The position numbers and the translations under genes are program-made. From Candidatus Kerfeldbacteria bacterium (GTDB lineage: Bacteria; Patescibacteriota; Patescibacteriia; SBBC01; CAIJZX01), in assembly GCA_963731735.1 (NCBI GenBank), contig CAVSWO010000002.1:334106-398105 (forward strand): 64,000 bases of DNA, in the 5' to 3' direction. Shown here piece after piece: positions 10,845 to 20,171 of this stretch (position 1 is the stretch's first letter; each line of letters starts with the position of its first letter). The notes beneath the pieces are model-generated. The model was not told where the DNA came from, made no database searches, and worked only from the letters and a program-made list of their open reading frames with translations.

Positions 10845-11156
10845 TTATTGCGAAAAAATTGACGTTATTGCCTTGGTTTCGCTGGGAAGTGTTACCGACG
10901 GCAGGGTTGAGGAAGCAGAATTGATCGGCAACGAAAGCGTATAAGTGGCCGACCAATCAACCGGTGCCAGGAACAGCGCGGTAGTCAGGATAATGCCGAC
11001 CACCAGTGCGATCACCACAAAGTTAACGGTCATGGTTAATCCATCATTTCGTCCAAATCGGAAGCCGTGGTAAATATTGGCGCTTAACATGACCAATAAA
11101 ATAATAAATAACGCGCCAAAAATTCCGAGGAGAAGGGTGGCGGGTATACTCAGCAT
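10845..11156 (-). CDS. small membrane protein, hypothetical
   Basis: Two TM helices; start overlaps downstream gene (translational coupling). Confidence 0.4.
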   Translation of the reverse strand: MLSIPATLLLGIFGALFIILLVMLSANIYHGFRFGRNDGLTMTVNFVVIALVVGIILTTALFLAPVDWSATYTLSLPINSASSTLPSVTLPSETKAITSIFSQ

Positions 11157-11170
11157 AGATAGCGAACGAA

Positions 11171-12202
11171 TTACAGCGGCAGCGCGGCCGGGTGTTCAGG
11201 TTCGGGTAACCCGAGGTGGCGGTAGGCGGCGGCGGTGGCCACCCGCCCCCGGGGCGTCCGGGCCAAAAATCCCAGCTGGAGTAAAAAGGGTTCGTAAATA
11301 TCTTCAACGGTCGCCACTTCTTCGGCCACCGCCGCCGCGATCGTTGTCAGCCCAACCGGTCCACCCTGAAATTTTTCAATAATCTGCTGCAGAATTTTTC
11401 GATCAACCTGATCGAGTCCGAGGGGGTCGATCTCGAGTTGGTCAAGTGCCTCGGTCGCGATCGCGGCCGTAATCCGACCGTCGCCATGTACTTCAGCATA
11501 GTCGCGGACGCGTTTCAGCAGGCGGTTGGCGATCCGCGGAGTCCGACGCGAACGGGCAGCTATAATTTCGGCTGCGGCTTGATCAATCGGGATTTTAAGG
11601 ATACCGGCCGCCCGCCGGATAATGGCCACCAGTTCTTTGGGTTCATAAAATTCTAAGCGGAAGGTGTTTCCAAAACGATCACGCAGCGGCGAGGAAATTA
11701 GACTCATCCGGGTGGTCGCGCCCACTAGGGTGAACCGGGGTAAGTCTAAACGAACGGTTCGGGCGGCCGGTCCCTTGCCAATCACGATATCGAGTTGAAA
11801 GTCTTCCATGGCTGGATACAACACCTCTTCAATTGTGCGGTTGAGTCGGTGAATTTCGTCAATAAAAAGAATACTGCCCGGTTCCAGGTTAGAAAGAATA
11901 GCCGCCAAATCACCGGCTCGTTCAATCGCCGGACCGGAGGTGATGCGCAATCCCACGCCCATCTCTTTGGCTAAGATGTGCGCCAAAGTGGTTTTTCCAA
12001 GGCCCGGGGCACCGTGCAATAAAACATGCTCCAAGGCTTGTTGTCGCTGTTTCGCGGCCTGGAGAAAAACATGGAGGTTTTGCTTGATTTGCTGCTGCCC
12101 AACATATTCCTCGAGGGTACCGGGGCGCAGCGTGGTCTCAAAATCAGCATCATCGGATTTCTCCTGTGAGGCTATAATGCGTTCATCGGTATCCTGCAGC
12201 AT
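11171..12202 (-). CDS. ruvB: Holliday junction branch migration ATPase RuvB
   Basis: [13 protein letters not shown] Walker A, FIDEIHRL, conserved RuvB middle and C-terminal regions. Confidence 0.95.
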   Translation of the reverse strand: MLQDTDERIIASQEKSDDADFETTLRPGTLEEYVGQQQIKQNLHVFLQAAKQRQQALEHVLLHGAPGLGKTTLAHILAKEMGVGLRITSGPAIERAGDLAAILSNLEPGSILFIDEIHRLNRTIEEVLYPAMEDFQLDIVIGKGPAARTVRLDLPRFTLVGATTRMSLISSPLRDRFGNTFRLEFYEPKELVAIIRRAAGILKIPIDQAAAEIIAARSRRTPRIANRLLKRVRDYAEVHGDGRITAAIATEALDQLEIDPLGLDQVDRKILQQIIEKFQGGPVGLTTIAAAVAEEVATVEDIYEPFLLQLGFLARTPRGRVATAAAYRHLGLPEPEHPAALPL

Positions 12203-12522
12203 AGGCTAAGAATACCATTTTTTGGCTAATTTTCAAGGGCTTTTTGAGCCGAGACTTGACAATTCTGGCCAGGCATGCTAGCCTGACGAGTCGCAAACAA
12301 AAAGCCATTCCTCGATCTTTTCTAGATTCGCTGGCTTTGTGTCGATAATTCTGTGGGCACGACAAGCACGGAGGTTAAGCCGTGGATGGACTGGGTCTCG
12401 TACCTCGTCCTCCCCATCGCATAACCTTCTTGCCCACAGTATCATCGACGGAATGTCGAGTCGTGATGGAGGGCCAGGGATGGATCCCTGGCGATGTTTG
12501 GTTCTTTCACAAGGAGGGATTG

Positions 12523-12765
12523 ATGCGCAAGCTGATGCTCGAAATCGTTACGGAGCAGCTCAAGGATGAAGAGCTGCACCCGGTTCGGCGCTGGATTGCC
12601 CGGCACGCAGTTGCCTGGATGACCGTCGGCTGTCTGCTCGGTCTGCTGAGCATTCCGCTCGAGGGTGAAGGTCCGATCTTCGTGCCGGGCGCGCTGCTGG
12701 CGGCCATCATCTTCGTGATCGGCTTCGTGCATGCCAAATCACCGAAATACACCAAGGGCTGGTAA
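12523..12765 (+). CDS. small membrane protein, hypothetical (80 aa)
   Basis: SD AAGGAGGG 4 nt upstream of ATG 12523; two TM helices. Confidence 0.45.
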   Translation: MRKLMLEIVTEQLKDEELHPVRRWIARHAVAWMTVGCLLGLLSIPLEGEGPIFVPGALLAAIIFVIGFVHAKSPKYTKGW

Positions 12766-12815
12766 TCCCGGTCCGGCTACAAAGCCCCTCTCAAATTTTG
12801 AGCGGGGCTGTTTTT

Positions 12816-14657
12816 TTAACTTTCGGTCGTGGTGGATTTACCGACCCGACAAATCTTTGGCAGGGCCCGGTAGTGGCTGGTGAAGGTCTGGGCGGCTGAG
12901 GTGCCGTCGGCCTGCGTGACTGTATAGGTAACCGTCGCGTCCGCGCCCGGATGCCCGTTTTGACATTCTTCCTGACCGGGCGCCAGATCGGTTGTTTCAT
13001 GGGTTTCGGTGGGTGGAATCGGCGTACGGTTATAAACCGTTGGGGTCGGGAGGTCGACGCTGCGGCCATCTTTCGTGCCATAAAAACTGAAAATTAATTT
13101 GGTGCCCTCAATCCGAGTTTGAAGCAGCAGGGCGGTACTATAGTCATTGGTAAAGCGCAGGTCCGGTTTCGGTTCGTAAATAGTCGCGTCTAAACCAACC
13201 GGCGGCTCATAATAACTCACCCGCAAGCTGTGGTTACGGCGCTCAACAATTGGCAAACCGGTATTCAGGGCCGCCCGGAACAGTGTGGTAGCCACTTGGC
13301 ACAAGCCCCCACCAAATTCCGGCGTGATTTCACTTCCCTTGATCACGAGTTCCGGTTTCCAACCATGCGCCTGATCAATATGCCCGAGCGCGTTCACGAG
13401 CGAAAATGTTTCACCGGGCTGGAGAATCAGACCGTGGATTTTTTGCGCCCCGAGTTTAATATTGTAGACGCGGTTGGCCGGACTACCGCGAAAATCGGTG
13501 GAGCCTTCGGCCACCAGTTCGCGAATACCGAGATCATTAGTGGATGTGGTGTCCGTCAGCGGGTGTAGGGCTTGAACGACGACAGCCACGGGTTCAGTTG
13601 CGTGGGTGGTCAGGTGCGCCTGAATGGCTTGGGCGGTTGCCAGAGTATTCAATTCCTGTCCGACCACGCTGGTTTGGAATTCTTCAACCCGACCGTCAAC
13701 TACATTAAACTTTGCGTCGCGGGGGGCCACATCGATCGCGTCACTTAAGATCTGGAGCCAGTCGGAAGTTTTTTGCAGATCAATGCCAACACTCGTAGTC
13801 TGGCCGTTCTGCACGAAGCCGACCAGGTCGGCCAGCTGCGGTCGGTCAATTGTCCAAGTTTGGTCATCGAGGGTCAGGGTGATTGGCGCCTGAGCTAAGA
13901 CAGTGGGCACTTGGGTGTTGGCCAAGGTTTGCAGGCTGGGTTGGTCGACGATCTCGGGTTGGACGGGCGTGGTGGTGATGGCGATGGGGGTCGGGTTAAA
14001 GGCTTGAAGTTGCAGGGTGGCTTGCCGAATTGCGGCATCATAATCAACCGCCGTGCCGGGCTGACTCGGTTGCACGGTTGGGACTTCATTGGCATCGAGG
14101 GCGATGGTAGCGTTCACCGGCTCCACCGCCAGATTTTGAAAGTCTTTGGTCAGCGCATCGCGTAAGCCACTTGAGGACAGGGCAAAGGCATGGAGGTGGT
14201 GTGTTTGCCCGATATACCCTAAGACTCGTTGCCACACTTGCTGCCAGAGCGGTCCGGAATGACCGTAATCATAGGCCGCATTGCCCGCGGCTTGAGCGTC
14301 AAATGTGGCCAGGGCAAACACCACCTCTTGATCGTCGCCGCTGGAGCTTGGACTGGCGATCGGGATGGTGGCCTGCTGATCTCCGGCCGTAAAAATGAAG
14401 GCGTTGGTCTTGAATGCCTGCCAATGATTCTCGAGGGTGGTAATTGCGTCCAGGGTTTTCAGGCCACCGACCGAATAGTATCCAACCGAAACATTCCGCA
14501 CGATGGTTTGTTGCTGGCTTGCATATGCTAGGCCGGTTAACGAACCAATTCCAAGTAAAACCGCTGCCACTAGGACGGTCGTGATTATCAGGGCCCGATG
14601 TGCTGTCGGGTTAGTGTTTGAGGTGTTGGTTGAGGAGGTCGATTTTTTCTCGTTCAT
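12816..14657 (-). CDS. VanW-family protein with N-terminal membrane anchor
   Basis: GGGLCQVATTLFRAALNTGLPIVERRNHS motif characteristic of VanW. Confidence 0.75.
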   Translation of the reverse strand: MNEKKSTSSTNTSNTNPTAHRALIITTVLVAAVLLGIGSLTGLAYASQQQTIVRNVSVGYYSVGGLKTLDAITTLENHWQAFKTNAFIFTAGDQQATIPIASPSSSGDDQEVVFALATFDAQAAGNAAYDYGHSGPLWQQVWQRVLGYIGQTHHLHAFALSSSGLRDALTKDFQNLAVEPVNATIALDANEVPTVQPSQPGTAVDYDAAIRQATLQLQAFNPTPIAITTTPVQPEIVDQPSLQTLANTQVPTVLAQAPITLTLDDQTWTIDRPQLADLVGFVQNGQTTSVGIDLQKTSDWLQILSDAIDVAPRDAKFNVVDGRVEEFQTSVVGQELNTLATAQAIQAHLTTHATEPVAVVVQALHPLTDTTSTNDLGIRELVAEGSTDFRGSPANRVYNIKLGAQKIHGLILQPGETFSLVNALGHIDQAHGWKPELVIKGSEITPEFGGGLCQVATTLFRAALNTGLPIVERRNHSLRVSYYEPPVGLDATIYEPKPDLRFTNDYSTALLLQTRIEGTKLIFSFYGTKDGRSVDLPTPTVYNRTPIPPTETHETTDLAPGQEECQNGHPGADATVTYTVTQADGTSAAQTFTSHYRALPKICRVGKSTTTES

Positions 14658-14799
14658 CGAGTTGGTGGGTCAGCGACAATTCCCAGGCTTGTCCGGCGAC
14701 CGGACGTGGAGAGAAGGCGTCCGTCGGAAGTTCGATTTGTTCTTCTCCGGCCTGGACAACTGTGCGGGTCGGGTGCACAGACACAACGGTGATTGTCAT
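14611..14799 (-). CDS. small DUF3006-like protein
   Basis: TVVSVHPTRTVVQAGEEQIELPTDAF...; translationally coupled to hsp20 upstream. Confidence 0.35.
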   Translation of the reverse strand: MTITVVSVHPTRTVVQAGEEQIELPTDAFSPRPVAGQAWELSLTHQLDEREKIDLLNQHLKH

Positions 14800-15257
14800 G
14801 CCTCTTCCTCTTCCGTAATGGTGATAGTTGGTTCGGCCGGTCGTTCAATCTTCGGGAGCATCACGCGCAAAATACCGGCTTTGATGTTGGCGGTGACATT
14901 ATTGGCATCAACGTCAACCGGCAATATAATCGTCCGGGAAAATCCACCCCAGTAGCATTCCTGATAGAGAAAGGTTCCGATTGATCCCTGATCGTCTACC
15001 CGGCGTATACCCTTAATAGTCACCACATCATCATTCACCGTAATATCTAGGTCTTCCGCCCGAACACCGGCGATAGCGGCGCGAATCACAATGTTGTTGG
15101 CGGTGTCTTCATAGACATCAACCGCCAGTTGTCCGGAGTAGTCTGCTTCGGACCAGGTATTTGCCTCGCGTGCTTCATCGGCCGCGGCCGCGAGCTCAGC
15201 CACATAATCTTTGGCCTCGGCGACGTCCGGTGATGGTGTTTTTTCTTTCTTTGGCAT
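14796..15257 (-). CDS. Hsp20/alpha-crystallin family small heat shock protein
   Basis: Alpha-crystallin domain ...NIVIRAAIAGVRAEDLDITVNDDVVTIKG...GGFSRTIILP. Confidence 0.85.
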   Translation of the reverse strand: MPKKEKTPSPDVAEAKDYVAELAAAADEAREANTWSEADYSGQLAVDVYEDTANNIVIRAAIAGVRAEDLDITVNDDVVTIKGIRRVDDQGSIGTFLYQECYWGGFSRTIILPVDVDANNVTANIKAGILRVMLPKIERPAEPTITITEEEEA

Positions 15258-15374
15258 AGCCCGTTAGAAATCTACTTAGGTAGTAAGTATCGCTCCTTAA
15301 TGTCCGGCCCGCATTGAAAGGAAATTTCTAACGGGCTATGCGCGCAGAATAGCATAAATCGGCGCCGTTCTCAA
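15258..15374 (-). promoter_or_regulatory. hsp20 promoter (TTGAGA-N17-TATTCT) plus a 14-bp perfect inverted repeat bracketing the whole 5' leader
   Basis: IR arms agcccgttagaaat 15258-15271 / atttctaacgggct 15324-15337; AAGGAG SD sits in the enclosed loop. Confidence 0.4.
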
Positions 15375-15424
15375 GTGATTGGGCAAAAATGTTTGGTAGG
15401 GGCTAGTGGAGGTTATCAGAACTA

Positions 15425-15946
15425 CTATCCTTGCCTCTGTAAGTAAGACGCTCGATCAAGCAGGGTTTTCGTACTCTGAACCCGATCAATAAAAAGTGTG
15501 CCTTCTAAATGATCATATTCGTGCTGAATGATCCGGGCCAACAAACCTTTGGCTTTGATATGAAACCATTCGCCTTTTTGATCTTGTGCCTTTACTTCAA
15601 TTGCACTGGGGCGCTTTACCTTGCCGAATAGATCCGCATGGGCAACGCTCCCACAGCCCTCATACCCATCCGTTTGAATTCTCGATTTACGGATAATGAC
15701 TGGATTAATGAAAACTATCTCTCCTTCTTGGCCTTTTTGAGTTCGAAATCTCGTAGATCGAGGATATGCGATAAAAATACACAAACCAACGCCAATCTGC
15801 GGTGCGGCAATACCAACTAAAGCTTCCCGACGCATGGCTAGGTTTAGTCGATTGAGAAGTCTTTTTGTTATAGCACTTTTTGGATTACGAACCTTTTTCG
15901 CCTTTGAGCGAATTATCCTCTCTCCGATTTGAGATATCTTTTCCAT
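15425..15946 (-). CDS. def: peptide deformylase
   Basis: GIAAPQIG, EGCGS, QHEYDHLEG motifs. Confidence 0.9.
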   Translation of the reverse strand: MEKISQIGERIIRSKAKKVRNPKSAITKRLLNRLNLAMRREALVGIAAPQIGVGLCIFIAYPRSTRFRTQKGQEGEIVFINPVIIRKSRIQTDGYEGCGSVAHADLFGKVKRPSAIEVKAQDQKGEWFHIKAKGLLARIIQHEYDHLEGTLFIDRVQSTKTLLDRASYLQRQG

Positions 15947-15950
15947 CAAA

Positions 15951-16256
15951 TTACCGATCTTTTTTGACTTGTCTTTTAGCAATGGCCCCAGCAAACAATC
16001 TTATTGCCGATCGTTTCTCTTTGCTGTAAATAATTGGCACACCAATCAATTGTTTACATCCTGAACAAACGAGTTTAGCGCCCTCACGAATTTCTCCTTT
16101 AGAGTCAGTGATTCGGTCGGTATACAGTCGTTTCAAAAGACCTGGTCCGTCTTTTTGATAGAAGCAAAGAAATTGATTGCACGATTCGCAATACAATTTT
16201 AGCAAACGGGACTTTCCTCCCCTACTGCGCCTAAATTTGTCAGATTTGAGCTTCAC
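15951..16256 (-). CDS. small zinc-ribbon protein (2x CxxC), hypothetical
   Basis: CESC...CSGC; basic. Confidence 0.45.
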   Translation of the reverse strand: MKLKSDKFRRSRGGKSRLLKLYCESCNQFLCFYQKDGPGLLKRLYTDRITDSKGEIREGAKLVCSGCKQLIGVPIIYSKEKRSAIRLFAGAIAKRQVKKDR

Positions 16257-16687
16257 TTTAATGTATCTACAAATGCTTTGATAGTTGGGGAGAAGTGTTG
16301 GAAAATCATATACAAACTTTCGGCTTCTTTTTGCTCTCCTATGACTGACAAATCTTTTCCGAGACCATATGCGACGCCAGCCTCGATGTGGGCTGATTTT
16401 CCGGCTGGCAGTAACAAAATGACGTGTTTGGAATTCTTCAAGGCCTCCATATCTACGTCAAAAACCCTTTTTACCTCTGGGTCAGTTTGCCAGTTCGGGA
16501 TGTTTTCGAATTGCTCCATAAAGACTTCGGGGTCGTGGTTTGGATCGATCGTTTTCAATTGGTACCCTTTCCCATCACCCTCTAAAAAACTATATACAGT
16601 TTTCCCTTTCTGACGAATCTGCTGGACGAGTTCCTTTACTTGATCCTTATTTCTCCAACGTGAAGCTACAAAATAGTCGTATTCCAT
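16253..16687 (-). CDS. nucleoside 2-deoxyribosyltransferase-like protein
   Basis: HIEAGVAYGLGK motif and overall pattern; from memory. Confidence 0.45.
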   Translation of the reverse strand: MEYDYFVASRWRNKDQVKELVQQIRQKGKTVYSFLEGDGKGYQLKTIDPNHDPEVFMEQFENIPNWQTDPEVKRVFDVDMEALKNSKHVILLLPAGKSAHIEAGVAYGLGKDLSVIGEQKEAESLYMIFQHFSPTIKAFVDTLK

Positions 16688-16761
16688 AAAAAAAGTATAC
16701 CACGGTTCTAACCTAAGGTTGCCCTATCACGATAGGGTCTGTAAACATTGATGAAATCCTT

Positions 16762-16781
16762 TGGCAGCCCCACGGGGAATC
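16762..16781 (+). repeat. 20-bp direct repeat of the tRNA-Glu 3' end (19/20 identical to 24974..24993), attR-like island boundary
   Basis: tggCagccccacggggaatc vs tggTagccccacggggaatc, same orientation. Confidence 0.6.
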
Positions 16782-16782
16782 C

Positions 16783-16944
16783 TCCTCCTTCGCGGCTCGC
16801 GACCGTGCGCGGTTCCCGCTCGCCACTCACCCGGAGCCGGGGTTCCTCATCGAGCGCCACCGGCGCTCGCTTCGGATACCCTTCGATTCGCTGTGTAACT
16901 AATCCGGCGACTCGCCGCCACTGGCGTGACGACAACTCGCCGGA
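16783..16944. other. GC-rich (~65% GC) highly structured ~160-bp element flanked by a 10-bp direct repeat TTGGCAGCCC (16761-16770 and 16945-16954); candidate ncRNA or miniature insertion
   Basis: Multiple perfect hairpins (GAGCGCC-ACC-GGCGCTC; AATCCGGCGA...TCGCCGGATT); composition differs sharply from flanks. Confidence 0.3.
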
Positions 16945-16996
16945 TTGGCAGCCCTAACTATAAATTGTTGGAACCGGGTAGTTGAGGAGCTGTCAG

Positions 16997-17626
16997 CTAT
17001 ACCAGCACCATCCACAAAGTTCCGGCCAGCACGGGTACAGTGACATTATCAAACCCAAGCGGGGTATACCGTTCTGTAAGGGTAAGGATTGGCGGTGCAA
17101 CGATTGCCGCAATCCATGACCCATGCGCAGACGGTACAAGTACGAACCCAATCCCGATGAGTAATGAAACGCTTAAAAAAACTATCGAACCACGTATCCC
17201 TTCCCACCAGGGCCGCTGTGGGAGTATTCGCTTGTTTTTCCCAAATAATGCGGCTAAAGAATCAGAAAAGGTTAACACCAGTATTCCGTACACGAAGGCA
17301 GACATGTGGTTTGGGAGAGTTAAGGCAGCTGTGGCGGCAACACCAATCGGAAAAGCCATTGCACCGTGCGTTTGGCGGACGACTTGATGAATGCCCCCAA
17401 ACCACTGTTTTCGCTTTGTAATCACAAGAACTGCCGTGAAACCACTCGCAATGATGTAAATACCGATGCGATCTACGAGTAACGGCAGAAAAAGAGTGAA
17501 CACTCCGCTGAGAACGTGCGCGAGGCGCCTAGTGCCTTCGGCTTGAAAAATTCGTTTCGAATACAGTAACTGGGAGATACCTAAAATAATTAGATATACA
17601 CCCGCGGACATAGCTAGATTGATCAT
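16997..17626 (-). CDS. CdsA/CarS/polyprenol-kinase-like CTP-transferase family membrane protein
   Basis: TFSDSLAALFGKNKRILPQRPWWEGIRGS resembles the CTP_transf_1 signature (SD..A...GK.....P.KTWEG); ~7 TM helices. Confidence 0.5.
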   Translation of the reverse strand: MINLAMSAGVYLIILGISQLLYSKRIFQAEGTRRLAHVLSGVFTLFLPLLVDRIGIYIIASGFTAVLVITKRKQWFGGIHQVVRQTHGAMAFPIGVAATAALTLPNHMSAFVYGILVLTFSDSLAALFGKNKRILPQRPWWEGIRGSIVFLSVSLLIGIGFVLVPSAHGSWIAAIVAPPILTLTERYTPLGFDNVTVPVLAGTLWMVLV

Positions 17627-18540
17627 AAGAGTTTTGAAAATACCGCAAATGACCGTATCGATTCTACGCCTGGATATGGCATTGCATTAACATTATTTCC
17701 TGTCCGGACAAGCAGGTACTCCACGCTGGTAATGCCATTCTGGAGCGCATCCTGATGAGCTTTACACGCAAGGGCGATGGCAAGATGTTTGCGTTGATAG
17801 TCTGGTAACACAGCCACTGTTTTCATTAATAGAACTTCGTCTCGCTGTGGATCCCGTAATGTATACAGGTATCCGACTATGTGTGTCTCGTGTCGCGCAA
17901 CATATACGCTTGCGCGTGATTGTTTGATCATTGGAAGATACAAATATGCGAACTCATCCCATGATAAATCAACCAGTCCCTTTTCGCCCACAAAAGCCTC
18001 TCGGGAAATTGTATACAGCGCCTGCAATTCATTTGTTAAAACATCTATTGATGCACATTCGATGTCGAACCCATCGTGTTGGATTTGAGGAAGTACCGGT
18101 TCGATGAGTGATAAGAGTGTCGGAATGTCTGTACGACGAAAACTCTCGTACGTACGTAGGTGGTGGTAACCATGCAAGATAAGCGTGTTTGGATACCAGA
18201 ATGGGTTGCTTGGTTCAAGTGACGTCGGGGTCTCGCCGCTTATTTGAAATCGGTGACTGTGCCACATGGTGAAATCAACGGGCCCAACAACTTCCTGGCA
18301 ACCGAAGGATTTGAGCCAGGCTTCTGCGTCACGAAGGGACGATACATCTGCCTCCGGTGATGATGCCGAAAAATGACCAACGAAACCAATTTTGTTTTTG
18401 GACGCAGCAAGCCGCCGATCAATAAATGCAGTGAGATGGAATGACCCATCGCCTGAAGAAAATTCCTTCCACTGCCCAAACTGGTGCCAGGGGTTTTCTT
18501 TGGCAAGCCAGGATTGATACTGCTTTTCATGTGTAGTCAT
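17623..18540 (-). CDS. GNAT-family acetyltransferase-like protein
   Basis: VAVLPDYQRKHLAIALA (motif A-like); start trimmed to ATG 18540. Confidence 0.5.
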   Translation of the reverse strand: MTTHEKQYQSWLAKENPWHQFGQWKEFSSGDGSFHLTAFIDRRLAASKNKIGFVGHFSASSPEADVSSLRDAEAWLKSFGCQEVVGPVDFTMWHSHRFQISGETPTSLEPSNPFWYPNTLILHGYHHLRTYESFRRTDIPTLLSLIEPVLPQIQHDGFDIECASIDVLTNELQALYTISREAFVGEKGLVDLSWDEFAYLYLPMIKQSRASVYVARHETHIVGYLYTLRDPQRDEVLLMKTVAVLPDYQRKHLAIALACKAHQDALQNGITSVEYLLVRTGNNVNAMPYPGVESIRSFAVFSKLL

Positions 18541-18551
18541 AATCGCAAGAG

Positions 18552-20171
18552 TTAACGGAGAATTTTCACAACCCCGGTCGAAGCGTTGACCTCGAGCATT
18601 TGACCGGTTTGCACCTGCTGTGTGATGCCTGGTAACTGTACCACGCACGGGATACCGCATTCGCGTGAAACAATCGAGGCGTGCGAGAGAATACCTCCGT
18701 ATTCGACCGCGACACCGGAGACAAGACCGAACAGGGGTGTCCAACCAGGATCGGTGTGCCGAGCAACCAGAATGTCTCCCTTTTGAACCAATGATGCGTC
18801 AGGAAAATCGAGCACCACCGCACGTCCACGAATGGTACCGGGCGATGCGCCGATTCCTTTCCACGTGCTCGTACCTTGGCCCTTTTTGTGTCGGCTTAGG
18901 TCTTCCACAATTTTACCATCAACCTCAAAAAAACGATCGGGTGCGGGTGTGTATGCATATGCTGCGAATTGATTTTGTCGTTCCTGAATCTTCGTATGGA
19001 GTAGCTCTTTCGACATGGTTCCATCAATAATACGCGGTATTTCTTCAAGGGTACACCAAAAGATATCTTTTGAAGCCTTGAGTTGGTGGTGCCGTTTAAG
19101 ATCTTTGCCGATCGCTAAGAATAGAGTTCGAACTGCTGAAAAAACACGTGCACGAAGGAGGCGAGTTTGTTCACGATATGCAATGTGTCGTTCGATTCGA
19201 CTTTGAGAGTTGTGTTTGGAGGCTTGCTTGTCAGGACCAAAGTCAATTTTCTGAGAACTTATCGGCGAGCTATTTTTACCTGTATAGGCACGGATGAGGT
19301 TAAAGAGTACGCTTGGTTGATCCTGTAGCGGTGGGGTCTCGAGTTTGAGCTCATTGGGGAGTCGCGCCCCGTACGTTTTGAGGTATTGGCCAAATACTTT
19401 TCCTAAGTCTGAAGGTGGATTCGAGCAGAGATAATTCCATAATTCAACATCTCGTTTTTGTACCAGCAATGTATGGGCAGTCTGGTCATCGTGAATCGCC
19501 CCTTGGAGTTGTTGCAGTCCAGAATATTGACGCGGCAACGTTGTTTGCCATGTGAATCCGAGGAGAGAGCCGTCCTGTTTTTCCCCAACATACGTCATAA
19601 GGAGAAAATCATTGTCTGTGGTGATGTGCCACATAGGCAAAAGCGTATCCGCAAACCGATTGAATTCTACCCAGAGCTGTTCCGCTTCGCGTAAAGTGCT
19701 AGCTTTTTCATTCAAATCGCGCAATATTGTTTCAACCCGACGTTGGAATCGCTCAATATCCCTCCGAAAAAAAACGACCCGATAAAGAAGGACGAAAGGG
19801 TAGAAGAAACGGAACCACCAAGGGGCGTGAGTTTCACGGAGCAATGTTTGAACCTGTGGCACGGTCAGCATCCGCTCGAGATTACGGACATTTTTCCGAT
19901 AGCCAGGAAACAAAGACGCAAACCGGTACCAATTCAACATATGATAGTAGAGCCGGCCTGATCGCGCCCCGACGAGATTGGAAAAAACAGTATCGTATTG
20001 CTGGATAGTTCTCCAGGGCAATCCAGATGCATGCGCCATACCGCGGTATACCTCGCGATAGACTCGCATCGCGAATGATGTCGTCAGGGGAGTTGTTACT
20101 CCCGCATAGCTCTCGGAAATATTTGCGTTGTCCCAAAGAATTCGTTCATCCATAAAACCAGAGCACCCCAT
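18552..20171 (-). CDS. PEP-utilizing enzyme family protein (PpsA/rifampin-phosphotransferase-like); C-terminal mobile His domain
   Basis: GGILSHASIVSRECGIPCVV near C-terminus; N-terminal NISESYAGVTTPLTTSF. Confidence 0.65.
   Translation of the reverse strand: MGCSGFMDERILWDNANISESYAGVTTPLTTSFAMRVYREVYRGMAHASGLPWRTIQQYDTVFSNLVGARSGRLYYHMLNWYRFASLFPGYRKNVRNLERMLTVPQVQTLLRETHAPWWFRFFYPFVLLYRVVFFRRDIERFQRRVETILRDLNEKASTLREAEQLWVEFNRFADTLLPMWHITTDNDFLLMTYVGEKQDGSLLGFTWQTTLPRQYSGLQQLQGAIHDDQTAHTLLVQKRDVELWNYLCSNPPSDLGKVFGQYLKTYGARLPNELKLETPPLQDQPSVLFNLIRAYTGKNSSPISSQKIDFGPDKQASKHNSQSRIERHIAYREQTRLLRARVFSAVRTLFLAIGKDLKRHHQLKASKDIFWCTLEEIPRIIDGTMSKELLHTKIQERQNQFAAYAYTPAPDRFFEVDGKIVEDLSRHKKGQGTSTWKGIGASPGTIRGRAVVLDFPDASLVQKGDILVARHTDPGWTPLFGLVSGVAVEYGGILSHASIVSRECGIPCVVQLPGITQQVQTGQMLEVNASTGVVKILR

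Noticed and set aside
12210-12520. Long ruvB-upstream / small-ORF-upstream region as a riboswitch or sRNA
   Set aside because: Only a weak TTGACA-N17-TAGCCT promoter-like motif and no recognisable conserved riboswitch core. Insufficient evidence.
16700-16990. GC-rich structured region as tmRNA, RNase P RNA or SRP RNA
   Set aside because: No tRNA-like ends, no P4/GNRA RNase P signatures and no SRP domain-IV motif on either strand. Kept only as an unclassified structured/mobile element.
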